A stretch of DNA of 64,000 nt from an uncultured Bacteroidaceae bacterium (lineage in GTDB: Bacteria > Bacteroidota > Bacteroidia > Bacteroidales > SM23-62). The translations under genes and the position numbers were made by a program. A model generated the notes under the pieces. That model did no database searches and had not been told where the DNA came from. It saw only the letters and a list, made by a program, of their open reading frames with translations. Within the stretch, counting starts at the first letter, position 1. The number at the start of each line of letters is the position of its first letter. The stretch covers positions 250,142 to 314,141 of the forward strand of contig CAVZPP010000008.1 in the NCBI GenBank assembly GCA_963777115.1, read 5' to 3'. Positions 12,130 to 24,123 of this stretch are shown here, piece after piece.

Positions 12130-12232
12130 TTTAAATCAGTTAATTGGCAGGTTATTTCATTTAGGGAATTGCCAGGTTATTTCTTTGCTTGAATTTGCAT
12201 AATATTTCTTTAGTTGAATAAACAGGTTTATT

Positions 12233-13851
12233 CTATTGCTGTTTTTGCTGTACCATCAGATCCTTGCCGGTTGACGGAGTATTAATTAAAAATTCCTCGT
12301 AGTACCCACGAAGTTTGGCAATCTCCTTCTTATACTTTTTATTGTCGATTTTATTATCCACTTCCAGCGGATCTTTTTTCATATCGAAGAACATGTCACC
12401 AAACTCCCGGTAATCGAAATTTGGATGCACTGCTGTCGGATCGAGCATAATACCCAGCTTGGTATCTTTCGTAATCACACATGCCTGGGACCAGCTTTCA
12501 GAAACGATGTATTCACGGTTTAAGGTGCCCGTTCCTGTAATAACATCTGCCAGGGATTCTCCCTGCATCGGGTATTTCATTTCCGGAAGTTTCAGATCAA
12601 GCAAATCAACAAGAGTGGGCAAGATATCAGCCAGTGTCACTAATTCGGCAGTACGTTTCCCGTGTATGAGAATTCCCGGGGATTTTAATAATCAAGGGCA
12701 CATTCAGAATGTCTTCGTAAACATTTTGTCCGCTGGCACATTTTTCAACCATTCCGTGATTTCCTACAAAATCACCATGATCGGAGGTATAAATTATAAT
12801 GGTTTCTTCTTCTATTCCGGTTCTCCTCAACAGCTTTTAAAATCTCAGCAACACAATGGTCAATTTCGGTTACCAAAGCATAATAGCCACCGATGTAATT
12901 TCTCCAAAGCTGCTCGTTTTCAAATGCTTTATCCATATTCCATACTTTGTTTCCGCCATTCCTCTGGCTTTGCAGCATGGGGGGAAGTGTTTCGGTGGAC
13001 TGGTAGAAATTATCTGGCTTTTTAATTGCATCCCCATTTTGAGTTCCATTACCCCATTTTGAAACATCGTACATAGCCATGTATTTTGGCAGGGGATTGT
13101 AAGGCTGGTGTGGACGGTAAAAGCTTGCCCAGCAGAAAAACGGCTGCTCTTTGTCAGCCTGTTCTTTAATCATATTAACAGTTTCCATTGTGGTATAAGC
13201 TTCCATGGTATATTCCTCCGGCAGTTTTGAGATGCGGGTCCCCAAATCAGCTGTGGGAATTTTAGTGTCAAATTCCGAAGAACCACGGGGCCCTTTCCCA
13301 AATTCTGCTGCCCAGTCCTCTGCAAATTCTTTGATGTAACCTTCGCGTTCTATCCATTTCACGTAACAATCATCGTCTTCTGAACTATATCCATGACCTT
13401 TTTTGACATCCCAGCCTTTATCCGCAGCCTGATTCAGGTGGCGTTTTCCAAAGGCAAAAGTTTTGTACCCGTTGTATTTCATAATGGATGCCATAGGAAC
13501 CACATCGTCCACAACCGGGTTACGGTCGCCGTTTGCCAGAACACCCAGTGTACGTGGCATCATGCCAGTCATTAACGAAGTACGCGAGGGCACACAAACA
13601 CCACGGGTACAATACGCCCGGTCAAAAACAAATGATTCATTTGCAAGTTTATCGAGGGTAGGAGTTATTACATCAGGGTGCCCGTCAAAACCGTATACCT
13701 TTTTATTGTGCTGGTCGGTAAAAAGTAGAATTACATTGGGTTTCTTTTTTCCGGAGACATTGTTGTCCATTTTTGCAAATGATGTCCCGCTAAGGGATAT
13801 AACAATTGCTAAGCCAATGAACACCTTTTTAATTGGTTGGATTATAAGCAT
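12233..13851 (-). CDS. sulfatase (S1); frameshifts near 12821 and 12662
   Basis: PNVILLFTDQH, CVPSR and RPHQP, then IIYTSDHGDFVGNHG in the 12627-12830 piece, then LADILPTL in the 12233-12640 piece. Confidence 0.88.
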
Positions 13852-14103
13852 GTCAAAGATTTTGCTCCCTTCAATAATATTGGATTGAACCTATTAGACC
13901 CTAAAAATATTTCTGTTCTACAATTTAATATTAATAAAAGATTAACAGCAACATCCAACGATAAGAATTAGGAAGATTTTAAAAGGGAGGTGGATAAATT
14001 CTTTAATAATGAATTTCTACAATGGTTCATGCGAGGGTGTTAACCGAGTGATTCGGTGGCTTCTAAACAGATTGATATTAATAAGGTTACTTCCCGATTG
14101 GTC

Positions 14104-15420
14104 TCATTGGTAGGTATTGAGTTTATAGGTATTTATTTCTGATTCCCAGTCCCCTAATAAATCCTTCAGATTATTATAAACAGATACATTTTCGCGAACC
14201 AGGTTCCTTTCTTCCGACAGATCTTCATGAAGGTTGAAAAGATAGCTGCTGTCTTTATGCACAAGTAATTTCCATGATCCTTTCCTCACAGATTTCGCTC
14301 CACTGTAGCGCCAGAATGCTGTACGTTCCGGAAGAGATCCCCCTTCCAGCAAAACGGATGAGAAATCAATTCCGTCCAATTCAAGTTGATCGGGTAGTTT
14401 ATTACCTATGAGTGCTGCAAGGGTTGGAAATATGTCCATTCCCAGTAAGAATTCATCGGAGCTACCCGGTTCGATCCTGCCTTTCCAGAGGGCTATTGCC
14501 GGGACCCTATGTCCTCCTTCCCAGAGACTTCCTTTAAATCCCCTCAGTTTTGCATTTGAGCCATTCTTATTTGCACCGTTATCAGACATGAAGATGACTA
14601 TGGTATTCTCCAGCAGTCCGCTTTCATCCAGTGTCCTGAAGATCTTGCCCACACCTTCATCCATAACTGTGACCATCTCCCGGTAGGTTTTCTGAAGATC
14701 CGCCGGACTCCTCCGGATCCGGGAGGTTCCTTCTTCTGTCCTTTCGGGTGGATCCAGTCTTCCCTGGTAGGGAGAGTGTGGAGCTTCATGGGCCACATAA
14801 AGGAAAAATGGTTTCTCTTTATGGTCCTTTATGAACTGAACAGCATGTTTGGTTATCAGATCAGTTGAGTATCCCGGTTCTGTAATGGTATCTTTTTGTT
14901 CCCACCAGTCATATTTCAGTGCTCCGTCAATATGGGAGTGGTAGTCAACATTACCACTGACATAACCCCTGAAATAATCAAACCCGTAATTAATTGGAGA
15001 ATAGGCAGTATCATAGCCAAGATGCCATTTCCCCGTAAGGGCGGTACTGTATCCTAATGATTTTGCATAGTTTGCAAAGGTATAGGTGCCCGGATTTATC
15101 CCGGTATGACGGAATTTTGTGGCATGGACCACTGACTCAATCCCCACCTTCTGCTGGTATTTACCTGAAAGCAGAGCAGCTCTTGTGGGACTACAAACCG
15201 GGCAGTTTGAGTGAAAATCTGTAAACAACAGACCCTCCCTGGCCATCTGATCCAGGTTAGGTGTATCATTCAGAGTATTACCGTAACAATCCAGGTCTCC
15301 ATAACCCAGATCATCTGCCAGGATTATAATAATATTTGGCAGTTCTTCTTCAATTTCCCTTTCTCCGCAACTCAGAAGAACAGGAAGCAAAATGAGTAAA
15401 TGGATTGCAAATCTATACAT
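14104..15420 (-). CDS. arylsulfatase (S1), lipoprotein
   Basis: PNIIIILADDLGYGD, CSPTR-AALLSG, GKWHLG, SDNG and EGGHRVP. Confidence 0.93.
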   Translation of the reverse strand: MYRFAIHLLILLPVLLSCGEREIEEELPNIIIILADDLGYGDLDCYGNTLNDTPNLDQMAREGLLFTDFHSNCPVCSPTRAALLSGKYQQKVGIESVVHATKFRHTGINPGTYTFANYAKSLGYSTALTGKWHLGYDTAYSPINYGFDYFRGYVSGNVDYHSHIDGALKYDWWEQKDTITEPGYSTDLITKHAVQFIKDHKEKPFFLYVAHEAPHSPYQGRLDPPERTEEGTSRIRRSPADLQKTYREMVTVMDEGVGKIFRTLDESGLLENTIVIFMSDNGANKNGSNAKLRGFKGSLWEGGHRVPAIALWKGRIEPGSSDEFLLGMDIFPTLAALIGNKLPDQLELDGIDFSSVLLEGGSLPERTAFWRYSGAKSVRKGSWKLLVHKDSSYLFNLHEDLSEERNLVRENVSVYNNLKDLLGDWESEINTYKLNTYQ

Positions 15421-15435
15421 GTTTCCTGGATTACA

Positions 15436-16815
15436 TTATTTGCCGGGAGCAGGAATGATCAGCGATCTCATTTTTGCCATAACAGATTCATATTCTGGAT
15501 ATCCTGAAAGATCATTGTATTCTAGTGGGTCATTCAGTTGGTCATACAATTCGGTTCCTTTGTTTCCATCATCCCATTCCGTGTAGCGCCATTCCCGGGT
15601 CTTAACCGTGCGACCCAGAAACTCACCTCTCCGGATTATGGAATTCACATGATCCCTGAAACTGCTTTCCGGGTCCTTCAGTACACTACCAAAATCCATC
15701 CCTTCCAGGTGATCCGGTATGCTATCCAGTCCGCAATAATTAGTCAGGGTTGGATAAAAATCGAGGAATTCAATCATGGCTGTAGTTTCTTTGCCAGCCA
15801 CATTATCATCTCCCGTATATATAATCAGGGGAGCATTATGCCCTTTTTCATAGATGGTTACCTTGTTCCACCATCCATGTTCTCCCAGATGATAACCATG
15901 ATCACCGAAAAACACTATCAGGGTATTTTCCATCAGACCCTCTTCATCAAGCGTATTCATAATCTTTCCCAGCTGGGCATCCATAAAACTGGTACAGGCA
16001 TAATAGGAGCGCAAAAACTCCATCCTTTCCTGGTCTGTAAACTTATTAAAGGTCTTCGTTTCACCGGGTAGGGTATGCTTATACGGCGGCTCCCATCCAT
16101 CAGGAATATCCGGAGGAACACAGTCCTCAATCGGATACAGGTCGAAATATTTCTTCGGGGCATTGAAGGGATCGTGTGGTTTTGCCAGTCCAACTGCAAG
16201 AAAAAAAGGCTGTTCGTGTTCTTTTTCCAAAAATTCGATTGCTTTTGCCGTGGTTTGTCCATCTATCTGATCCTCATCAGTTCCCTCAGCCGCGAGCCAC
16301 CTGCACCATTTAAGTTTCCCTTCAGTCAGGTTCCTGCCTTCCCCCTGTTTACCAAGATCCGTAGTTTGAAAATTATAAATCTCATCCCATGCCTCAGGAT
16401 CATTATGTTCATTCCGCCCGTGGAATACTTTTCCAATACTAACTGTGTAATATCCATTTCTCCTGAAAAGATTCGGCATAGTAATCCTGTCGCCCAAAAC
16501 AGACTGAAGGGGAGTACGGTTCCCCAGGATACCAAGCGTTTCTGGTCTTAACCCGCTTAGAAATGAAGATCTGCTGGGATTACAAACGGCATAATTGCAA
16601 TATGCATTTCTGAATAGGATCCCCTGCTCTGCAAGCCTGTTCACATTTGGGGTCTTTACAAGCGGATGATCGTAACATTCCAGTGTATTATTCAGGTCAT
16701 CAACAATTACCATCACTACATTGGGAGGCGAACTATTCTGATTTTCTGTGCATGATGATAATGTCAGGACACCAGGTATCAAAGAAAATAACAGCCATAA
16801 TTTATGGTTCATCAT
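15436..16815 (-). CDS. sulfatase, iduronate-2-sulfatase-like (S1)
   Basis: IVDDL, CNPSR-SSFLSG, GKVFH, KPHDPF and GDHGYHLGEHG. Confidence 0.92.
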   Translation of the reverse strand: MMNHKLWLLFSLIPGVLTLSSCTENQNSSPPNVVMVIVDDLNNTLECYDHPLVKTPNVNRLAEQGILFRNAYCNYAVCNPSRSSFLSGLRPETLGILGNRTPLQSVLGDRITMPNLFRRNGYYTVSIGKVFHGRNEHNDPEAWDEIYNFQTTDLGKQGEGRNLTEGKLKWCRWLAAEGTDEDQIDGQTTAKAIEFLEKEHEQPFFLAVGLAKPHDPFNAPKKYFDLYPIEDCVPPDIPDGWEPPYKHTLPGETKTFNKFTDQERMEFLRSYYACTSFMDAQLGKIMNTLDEEGLMENTLIVFFGDHGYHLGEHGWWNKVTIYEKGHNAPLIIYTGDDNVAGKETTAMIEFLDFYPTLTNYCGLDSIPDHLEGMDFGSVLKDPESSFRDHVNSIIRRGEFLGRTVKTREWRYTEWDDGNKGTELYDQLNDPLEYNDLSGYPEYESVMAKMRSLIIPAPGK

Positions 16816-16870
16816 TTTGTCTTGAATTTAGCAGATATTTAGTTTGATTAGTGAAGATATCCCTTTTTGG

Positions 16871-17671
16871 TTACTCCCATCTAAAGGCAAAATACTCACA
16901 TTGTCCTTTCCCAACATTCCTGATACCATGGGAATCATCGCCCACTAATAAAAACAGTGAACCGGGTCCAGCTCTGTGCGGGGTCCCGTTTATACTTTCC
17001 TCAACCTCACCCTTAATAATCAGTATGATCTCTTCTGCTTCATGGACATGCTCCCCATGACTGGTGATGCCTTCATCAAGGGTGGTCACATGCATTTCAA
17101 GCTCATTAAGAGTGGCAGTTGGCCGCCGCATAAATTGCCGCTTACCGCCTTTGGAAGTAGTCTTGTATTCTATCTCATTCCAGTCATACCATTGAGAACC
17201 ACCGGCCAATTTCGAGCGCTCCAGGTCAGGAGGTGTATTTGTTTTCCAGCGAATTATGTAATACTCGGCCTTTGAATCTCCGGCATTTCGTATCCCGTGA
17301 TCGTCTCCGACACAGGCCAGGACTACACTACCGGGACCCAGGATTTGTTTTTCGCCATTGATACTCTGTTCTACAGTTCCCTCTTTTACGATTATCAGTT
17401 CTTCCATATCAGCATGAACATGGCTGCCATGCGGTGCATTCCCGGGATCCAGTGTAGTAACATGAACTTCAAAATAGGTAAGTGTATTCGTATAACCTTC
17501 AAAAACCTGACGTTTTTCCCCGGATTTTGTCTTCGCTACCGGGAGATCATCCCACAGATAAGTTTTGGTATTCAGTTTTTCAAGATTCTGGGCCTGGGTC
17601 TGTGACTGGGCCGAAAATCCTGCAATCAGGATGGATAATATTAGTGTCAGGTTTCTCATCGTATGTTTCAC
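16871..17671 (-). CDS. secreted bicupin (two cupin domains); start may be the ATG at 17659
   Basis: Signal peptide and two copies of HVTTL...HxxHxH..EE (HGSHVHADMEE, HGEHVHEAEE), each followed by HGIRN. Confidence 0.82.
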   Translation of the reverse strand: MKHTMRNLTLILSILIAGFSAQSQTQAQNLEKLNTKTYLWDDLPVAKTKSGEKRQVFEGYTNTLTYFEVHVTTLDPGNAPHGSHVHADMEELIIVKEGTVEQSINGEKQILGPGSVVLACVGDDHGIRNAGDSKAEYYIIRWKTNTPPDLERSKLAGGSQWYDWNEIEYKTTSKGGKRQFMRRPTATLNELEMHVTTLDEGITSHGEHVHEAEEIILIIKGEVEESINGTPHRAGPGSLFLLVGDDSHGIRNVGKGQCEYFAFRWE

Positions 17672-17723
17672 TTAAAGCTTATTAATGGAATAGTATTGAT
17701 TAATATATAGGTATAATTCTTAT

Positions 17724-17731
17724 CAAAGATA
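17724..17731 (-). promoter_or_regulatory. candidate Bacteroidota sigma-A -7 element (TATCTTTG)
   Basis: Plus-strand CAAAGATA reads TATCTTTG on the minus strand, matching TAnnTTTG about 55-65 bp upstream of the bicupin start. No clear -33 element. Confidence 0.4.
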
Positions 17732-17753
17732 TCATCTATATTTTAATACAGTA

Positions 17754-19356
17754 TTATTGTTTGATTTTCAAATCATCATCCAGCCTTCCTTCCTCCTCCA
17801 GGTCATTGAGCAGCCTGTAGTAGGGTCCCCTTAATTTCCCCTCTCCGGTTTCAGCATTAACTTTATCCAGGAACTCCAGCATTTCAGACTCCATTTCTCT
17901 TGCAATTTCAGGCAATTGAGCAGAAAGGTCAGTAGTTTCCCCCAGGTCTTTGGATAGGTCGTAAAGCTCCACATAGGGAGAATTCTCATACCTGTTTTCG
18001 GCTGTCCATATCTTGACAAGTTTGTAGTTTCCCTTACGATATGCAGTCCGCGGTACCCTGTGCAATGCCTGGTGGAACAGCAGTCCCTCCATATTCCGGT
18101 CCACCTTATCTACATTTTCATCAAAGAGAATGGGAACCAGGCTTCCCCCGTCAAGGGTTTCCGGGAGCTCATCCTTATAGCCCGCCAGTTCTGCAAAAGT
18201 CGGCAGAAAATCCAGTCCACTTACAGGAACATCACTCACACTTCCCGCTTTGATATTCGGTCCGGTTGCCATAAAAGGTACCCGAATCCCTCCCTCGTAA
18301 AAAGAGTGTTTACCTTCCCGCAAAGGGATATTTCTGTGCTTTACTTCTGCATAATGGGCATCCACAAGGTTTGCATTCTCATCAATTATACCCATCTGGT
18401 TAAAGCACTCTCTTCCGCCGTTATCAGCCATCAGGAAAATATAGGTATTGTCCTCAATTCCTGCCTCTTGGACAAAATCAAGCAGCATTCCGATACCCGA
18501 ATCCAGATCCTTGAGCATGGCAGCACAGGCGGGTGACTTATGCTTTTCACCGGGTTCCTTGGATTTAAAATATTCATAAGTCTCCTTACGGGAAACAAGG
18601 GAGAGGTGGGTTGCGTAATGGGATACCTGCACAAAGAAAGGTTTGTTCTCTTCAAGACAGCCTTCCATAAAATCAGTTGCCCGATTTGTCAGGCCGAATA
18701 TATCCTTGGGATTCTCATCGCTCCAGTACATGCTTCCGCTGCCCACCATACGGACATCGGCTGGATTTTCAAGTTTATTCTCTATAATATAGTCCCTTAC
18801 CTGCTGGGAATAGTCCTTAAACCTCAGGTATTCTTCTCCAAATCGCTCTCCCCTTGAATTTGAGGTCAGTCCATCATCATAATCATACCCAGCCTCGGAA
18901 GGGATATGCGCCACATGCCATTTACCGATATGGGCGGTTTTATATTCCGGGTTGGCTGCCTTTATGGCCTTTGGTATAGTCAGCCAATCCTGGGTATTTT
19001 TATACCAATCCAGGTCTTTATTATAAATATGCCTGGCGGCATTTTGTCCGAATAAAAGGCTGTTCCTGGTAGGTGAACAGATGGGATTCGGGGCATATCC
19101 CTGGCTGAAATAGGATGCCGGATGCCGCCAGCCTGTCCATGTTTGGGGTTTCATAATAATCACTTGCAGTCCCTGGTACGCTGGGATCAGCCATGTGTGA
19201 GGTCTGTGTCCATCCATGATCGTCCGTGATGATCAGGATGATATTGGGCGGTGTGTCTGCAGTTTTCTCCTGGGTACATCCCGTAATGAAAACCGGGATT
19301 AGAATTAACATAAGGGAAAGAAAAATTGAGGAAAGTCCGGTTGATCTGTTTTTCAT
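17754..19356 (-). CDS. sulfatase (S1), lipoprotein; frameshift near 19109
   Basis: PPNIILIITDDHGW and YETPNMDRLA, followed in the shifted frame by FSQGYAPNPICSPTR, GKWH, ADNGG and EGGIRVP. Confidence 0.9.
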
Positions 19357-19379
19357 TTTTTTAAGTTATTAGGGGATTA

Positions 19380-20866
19380 TTATTTTCTGTCTTTGCGCAT
19401 ATCCATTAAAAAGCCTTACCACTTCCCGGTTCACCGGAAGCTTCCCAGCCATAGAACAGGAACATTTCAGGTATTATTTCTCCATCACCTTCCCCCGAAG
19501 ATACGGCTTTTATATTCTGATACCGGTATCCTTCCAGGGGAGTGTAATCAGAGCTGAGTTCCCAGCTGTTTCCGCCATCGGCTGATATCCATTCCTCTAC
19601 CCGCTCTCCCCATCCGTAACGGTTCATATTCTGCTTATTCTTAGCCGCTTCGTCCCTTTTTGATTCTCCTTCACCGCAGATAAGAATGGCTTTCAGGGTT
19701 TCGCCTTCGCCGGGGTATACCAGGGATGAATTGAAATAATGGGAAGTTTCCGCAATGTTTGTTTTTTCCCAGGTTGCCCTTATTGTAATGCACCCATTTA
19801 TACCAGCACCTGTAGGGAGTGGACTCCGAAACAGTGGCCAGGAAAGAGGGCTGGTCATTCTCATCCAGGTGGATGTAAGGGGGAACAGATAATATCCTGT
19901 CTTCCGTGTCATAGATAAGGCATTTCTCATCGGCGAGGGACCGGGTCACAGGAGTCTGAAGTTCCTCTTCCTCATAATTGAAGGCTTTCCCTGATGGAAG
20001 ATCCACCTTGATGTAATACAGGTTGTACTCATCATCCGTTAATTTTTCGGTATACCTGCTGTTCTTATAAGGTTTGCAATCTGAATCTGTCCAGTCCTGC
20101 AAGGCCCAGATAAAGGCAATATGCAGGGTTTTCCCGTCCTTTCCAATCCGTATGCTCTGGTAGGATCCTGAATGGAAATCCAGGCAGGAAACTTCCGGAT
20201 CCGCTTTATAATTCAGGTCTACAATTGGATTTAATGGACTCTCCCAGTTCATTCCATCATCGCCAGAAATGCTGTATGTCCACTCGGATAAATGTCCCCC
20301 GCGACGATAGTAAACCAGTGCTTTGTCATCGTAGATCCTGTAGGGTTTTGGGTAGTTAAGCGATATATCAATTTCCTCAGGCATCAATTCCCAGGGAGAA
20401 GCAATATCTACGGGATTCCCTGATTTTATATGAACTCCCCCGGAATAGCTTCTGGGATTGTTCCCATGGCAACCCGAAATCACATGAAGAAATCCCTGGC
20501 TGTCCACCCAGATCACCGGACCATAATGCTGATCGCGTTCATACTTGTTAAAATCCGAATTTGTTTCCTCGTCAATCCTCTGTTCGAGTCCGGCTAGCAT
20601 CATAGAAGCCTCTGAAAACTCCCGGGTTTTCAAATCATAGGCCCTGATATAAGGCAGTCCCTTCTCCCCTCTCCATACCATGTAAACAATCCCCTCATAT
20701 TCAACTGCCTGTGGATGCATACGGTTATCATAGAGCATTTTCAGCTGTCCTCCTTCCCCGAAAGGGATGGCAGAGGCTGGCTCGGAGTTAGTGGTTTTAC
20801 CACATGATCCAAGAACTATAATGGAAAATACCACGAGCCATACAGTCCCAATACTTTATTATTCAT
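19380..20866 (-). CDS. BNR-4 repeat beta-propeller lipoprotein; frameshift near 19775, probable further indels near 20842 and 19410
   Basis: DQHYGPVIWVDSQGFLHVISGCHG, YYRRGGH, and Asp-boxes SGDDGMNW and SADGGNSW. The ATG at 20866 is out of frame with the lipobox segment (LGSC), so both ends are inferred. Confidence 0.7.
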
Positions 20867-20986
20867 AATTGTAATAAAAGGAATAAAAAATTAAATCTAT
20901 CAAATCGTTTGGGCAGATGCAAGTAATACCTCCGAATAATGATACACCTCTGATGTAATTTGCTAATAATCATAAAAATACTCCAT

Positions 20987-21006
20987 TGTTAAATTTAAAT
21001 TTAACA
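20987..21006. promoter_or_regulatory. perfect 20-bp palindrome TGTTAAATTTAAATTTAACA in a divergent intergenic region (possible operator)
   Basis: The sequence equals its own reverse complement and lies between divergently transcribed sulfatase blocks. Confidence 0.35.
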
Positions 21007-21101
21007 TGTTTTTAATTGTATGTTTTATATAGCCTTTCATAATTATTTGTATTTTGAGTCCATATCAAAAAAATTCAAATTAACCAATACCTACCAATCA
21101 G

Positions 21102-22659
21102 ATGCGCTACCTGTTGATTCTCTTACTGATTATTGCTGCCTCCTGCAGTACTAACAGCCAGCAGGAAAGGCCCAATGTCCTGCTGATCCTGGTAGATGAT
21201 ATGGGATATTCAGACATAGGATGCTACGGGGGAGAAATTGAAACCCCGAACCTCGATAAACTGGCTGCAGAAGGTCTGCGTTTTTCAAGGTATTATAATA
21301 CGGCAAAATGCTTTCCTTCAAGGGCCTGTCTTCTCACGGGATTATATGCCCAGAATAACGGGATGGCAAATAAAGCTACCAAATTCACCAATGCAGTTAC
21401 TATCGCGGAGGTTTTACGCGAGTCCGGGTACAGGACCCTGATGACAGGGAAACACCATGGGGAGGAAAATCCATTCTATTTCGGTTTTGACCGATATTTT
21501 GGATTAAAGGATGGCAGCAGTAATCATTTTAATATGGGATTGCAGCGGGAAGGAGAAGTAGTTCCTGCACATAAAAAAGGAAAATTTCAGCCCAGGGAAT
21601 GGGGAATTGACAGTGTGATCCATGACCCTACACGCCCCCGGAAAAAGACTTTTACACCACCGATTATTTCACCAATTATGCCCTTGACTACCTGGAGGAA
21701 TATAAGGATGAAAACAAACCATTCTTTCTATACATAGCCTACACAGCCCCACACGATCCACTGATGGTCTGGCCGGAAGTCCAGCAAAAATACCTGGGCA
21801 AATATATGGCCGGGTATGAAGCCATTCGGAAAGCAAGGTATGAACGGCAGGTTGAAATGGGACTGGTAGACGAAAACTATCCCCTCTCCTCTCCCACATA
21901 TGAAGATTGGGAATCACTTTCACAGGAAGAGAAACTGTTCCGCGACTCCATATTTGCAACTCATTGTGCTATGGTTGACCGGGTGGACCAGAATATTGGA
22001 AGGATAATTACCCTCCTGGAGGAACAGGGCAAACTGGATAATACATTGATCCTTTTCATGTCAGATAACGGAGCCCAGGCCTCTGACGATCCAAACAAGT
22101 ACCTATGGGCAAAAGGAAAAAATACCGATCCCGGACAACCCATCGGAAGCATGGGTAGATTCACTTCAATGAGTCTTTCCTGGGCCAACGTCAGCGACAC
22201 TCCATTCAGACTTTATAAGTCCAACAGCCATGAGGGAGGCATTTCCACTCCCCTGATCATGTACTGGAAAGGCAAAATCATTGAACCAGGGAGCATTACC
22301 GATTACCCTTCCCATTTAGTAGATATAATGCCAACCATACTGGAGGTTAGCAGGTGCCGATTACCCGGAAACATTTAAGGGGGAGAAAATACATCCCATT
22401 GACGGAATCAGCCTTGTCCCACTCACAAACGGAATTGAGCCGGAAAGAGGCCGGCCTCATCTTCTGGCAATGGTCGAATGGTAAGGCCATCCGGAAAGAT
22501 AAATGGAAACTGGTTTCCGATAATAAGGGGCCATGGGAACTATACGATATGGATACAGACCAGTCCGAAACTAATGACCTGATAGAAGAGTACCCCGAAA
22601 TTGCCAGTGAATTGATGATGGACTGGGAAATCTGGATGAAAGAATCCGGAGCTAATTAG
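21102..22659 (+). CDS. arylsulfatase (S1, AtsA-like), lipoprotein; frameshifts near 21627, 22347 and 22457
   Basis: PNVLLILVDDMGYSDIGCYG, CFPSR and GKHH, then YIAYTAPHDP, SDNG and HEGGISTP. A hidden middle frame reads GADYPETFKGEKIHPIDGISLVP, and the gene ends with WELYDMDTDQSETNDL. Confidence 0.88.
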
Positions 22660-22726
22660 AAAAAGGGCAGGAATATATATAACTTTACTGTGATCCCAGC
22701 CAGGGATTGACAGACAGAGTATATCA

Positions 22727-24123
22727 ATGATAAAAAAAATCTTTTTACCTGTACCGGTTTCATTACTGTTCCTTTTATCGCTGCCAGCATGTCTACAGAA
22801 GCAAAATCAGGAACAGAAATCAGGGCCTGAGAAACCCAACATCGTTCTGCTTATGGCCGATGACATGGGGTATGAATGCCTGAGTTCCAACGGAAGTTTA
22901 TCTCACAACACGCCTGTATTGGATGAACTTGGCGCAGAGGGAATTAAATTTAATTATGCCATTTCACAACCGCTGTGCACCCCTTCCAGGGTAAAGATCA
23001 TGACCGGCAAATACAATTACAGGAATTACAAGGCTTTTGGCTACCTGGATGTTGCAGAGAAAACCTTTGGAAATTATCTGAAAGATGCTGGATATTCGAC
23101 CTGTGTTGTCGGCAAATGGCAGCTCAATGGATTAAACTCCGAATTTGATTCCGAACCTGAAGAAATGCTTAAGCGACCAATGCATTTTGGATTTGAAGAA
23201 TACTGCCTCTGGAATTTTCTCGGTAGCTCTGGCGAAAGGTATGCAAACCCCAAACTCTACCAGAATGGTGAACTGTCTCACCGGACTTGAAGATGCCTAC
23301 GGTCCGGATGTTGTCAGCGATTATGCAATTGATTTTATGGAAAGGAATAAGGACAAACCTTTTTTCCTTTACTATCCCATGATCCTGGTCCACTCGCCTT
23401 TTGTCCCAACACCGGACTCAGAGGAATGGAATGACAGCAGTCTGAGATTGAAGAAAAATGACAGGTATTTTAAGGATATGGTGGAATACACTGATAAAGT
23501 CGTAAAAAAACTGATTGTGAAGATAGAGGAACTGGGACTCGCGGAGAATACTGTTTTTATTTTTACGGCGGATAACGGTACCCATTACAAACTGACTACA
23601 GAGACAGTTAAGGGACCCTTCCGGGGAGGTAAGGGAACCATGCCTGACGCAGGCACCCATGTACCCATGGTGGTCTATAATCCCGGCCAGGTAAACAGTC
23701 CCTTTGAATACAATGAGCTGTTTGAATTCAGTGATTTCCTGCCAAGCTTCCTCGATATGGCAGGTGTTCCCATCCCTGACGAAATTGATGGAAAAAGCTT
23801 CTATCCGCTTTTCAGTGGCAGGGAACAGTCCAGCCGTGAGACTGTTTTTGTTCATTATGATCCCTTAAAAAGTGGAGGGTCTGAACGCTGGTACGGGCGT
23901 TTTGTCCGCAACAAGGAATACAAACTCTACAACGATGGGAGATATTACGAATATCAGGAAGATCCAGGGAAGAAAAAATCTCTAGGAGATGATTCCCTTA
24001 CTTCCCAGGAAAAGATTCTTAAAGAAAATTTTCAGGAAGGAATTGATAATGCACCGGAACATTATTTTAAACAAAGCCATGAATACAAAAAGCAAAAAGA
24101 TAAGCAGGACGGGAATTCAATAA
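22727..24123 (+). CDS. sulfatase (S1), lipoprotein; frameshift near 23276, stop inferred at 24121-24123
   Basis: PNIVLLMADDMG, CTPSR and GKWQL, then PFFLYYPMILVHSPF, ADNG and GTHVP. Removing one base at about 24109 gives a TAA at 24121-24123. Confidence 0.87.

Noticed and set aside
13852..14103. 250-bp AT-rich intergenic gap as a possible sRNA or riboswitch
   Set aside because: No recognisable conserved structure or motif by eye; an Rfam/Infernal search would be needed to exclude it fully.
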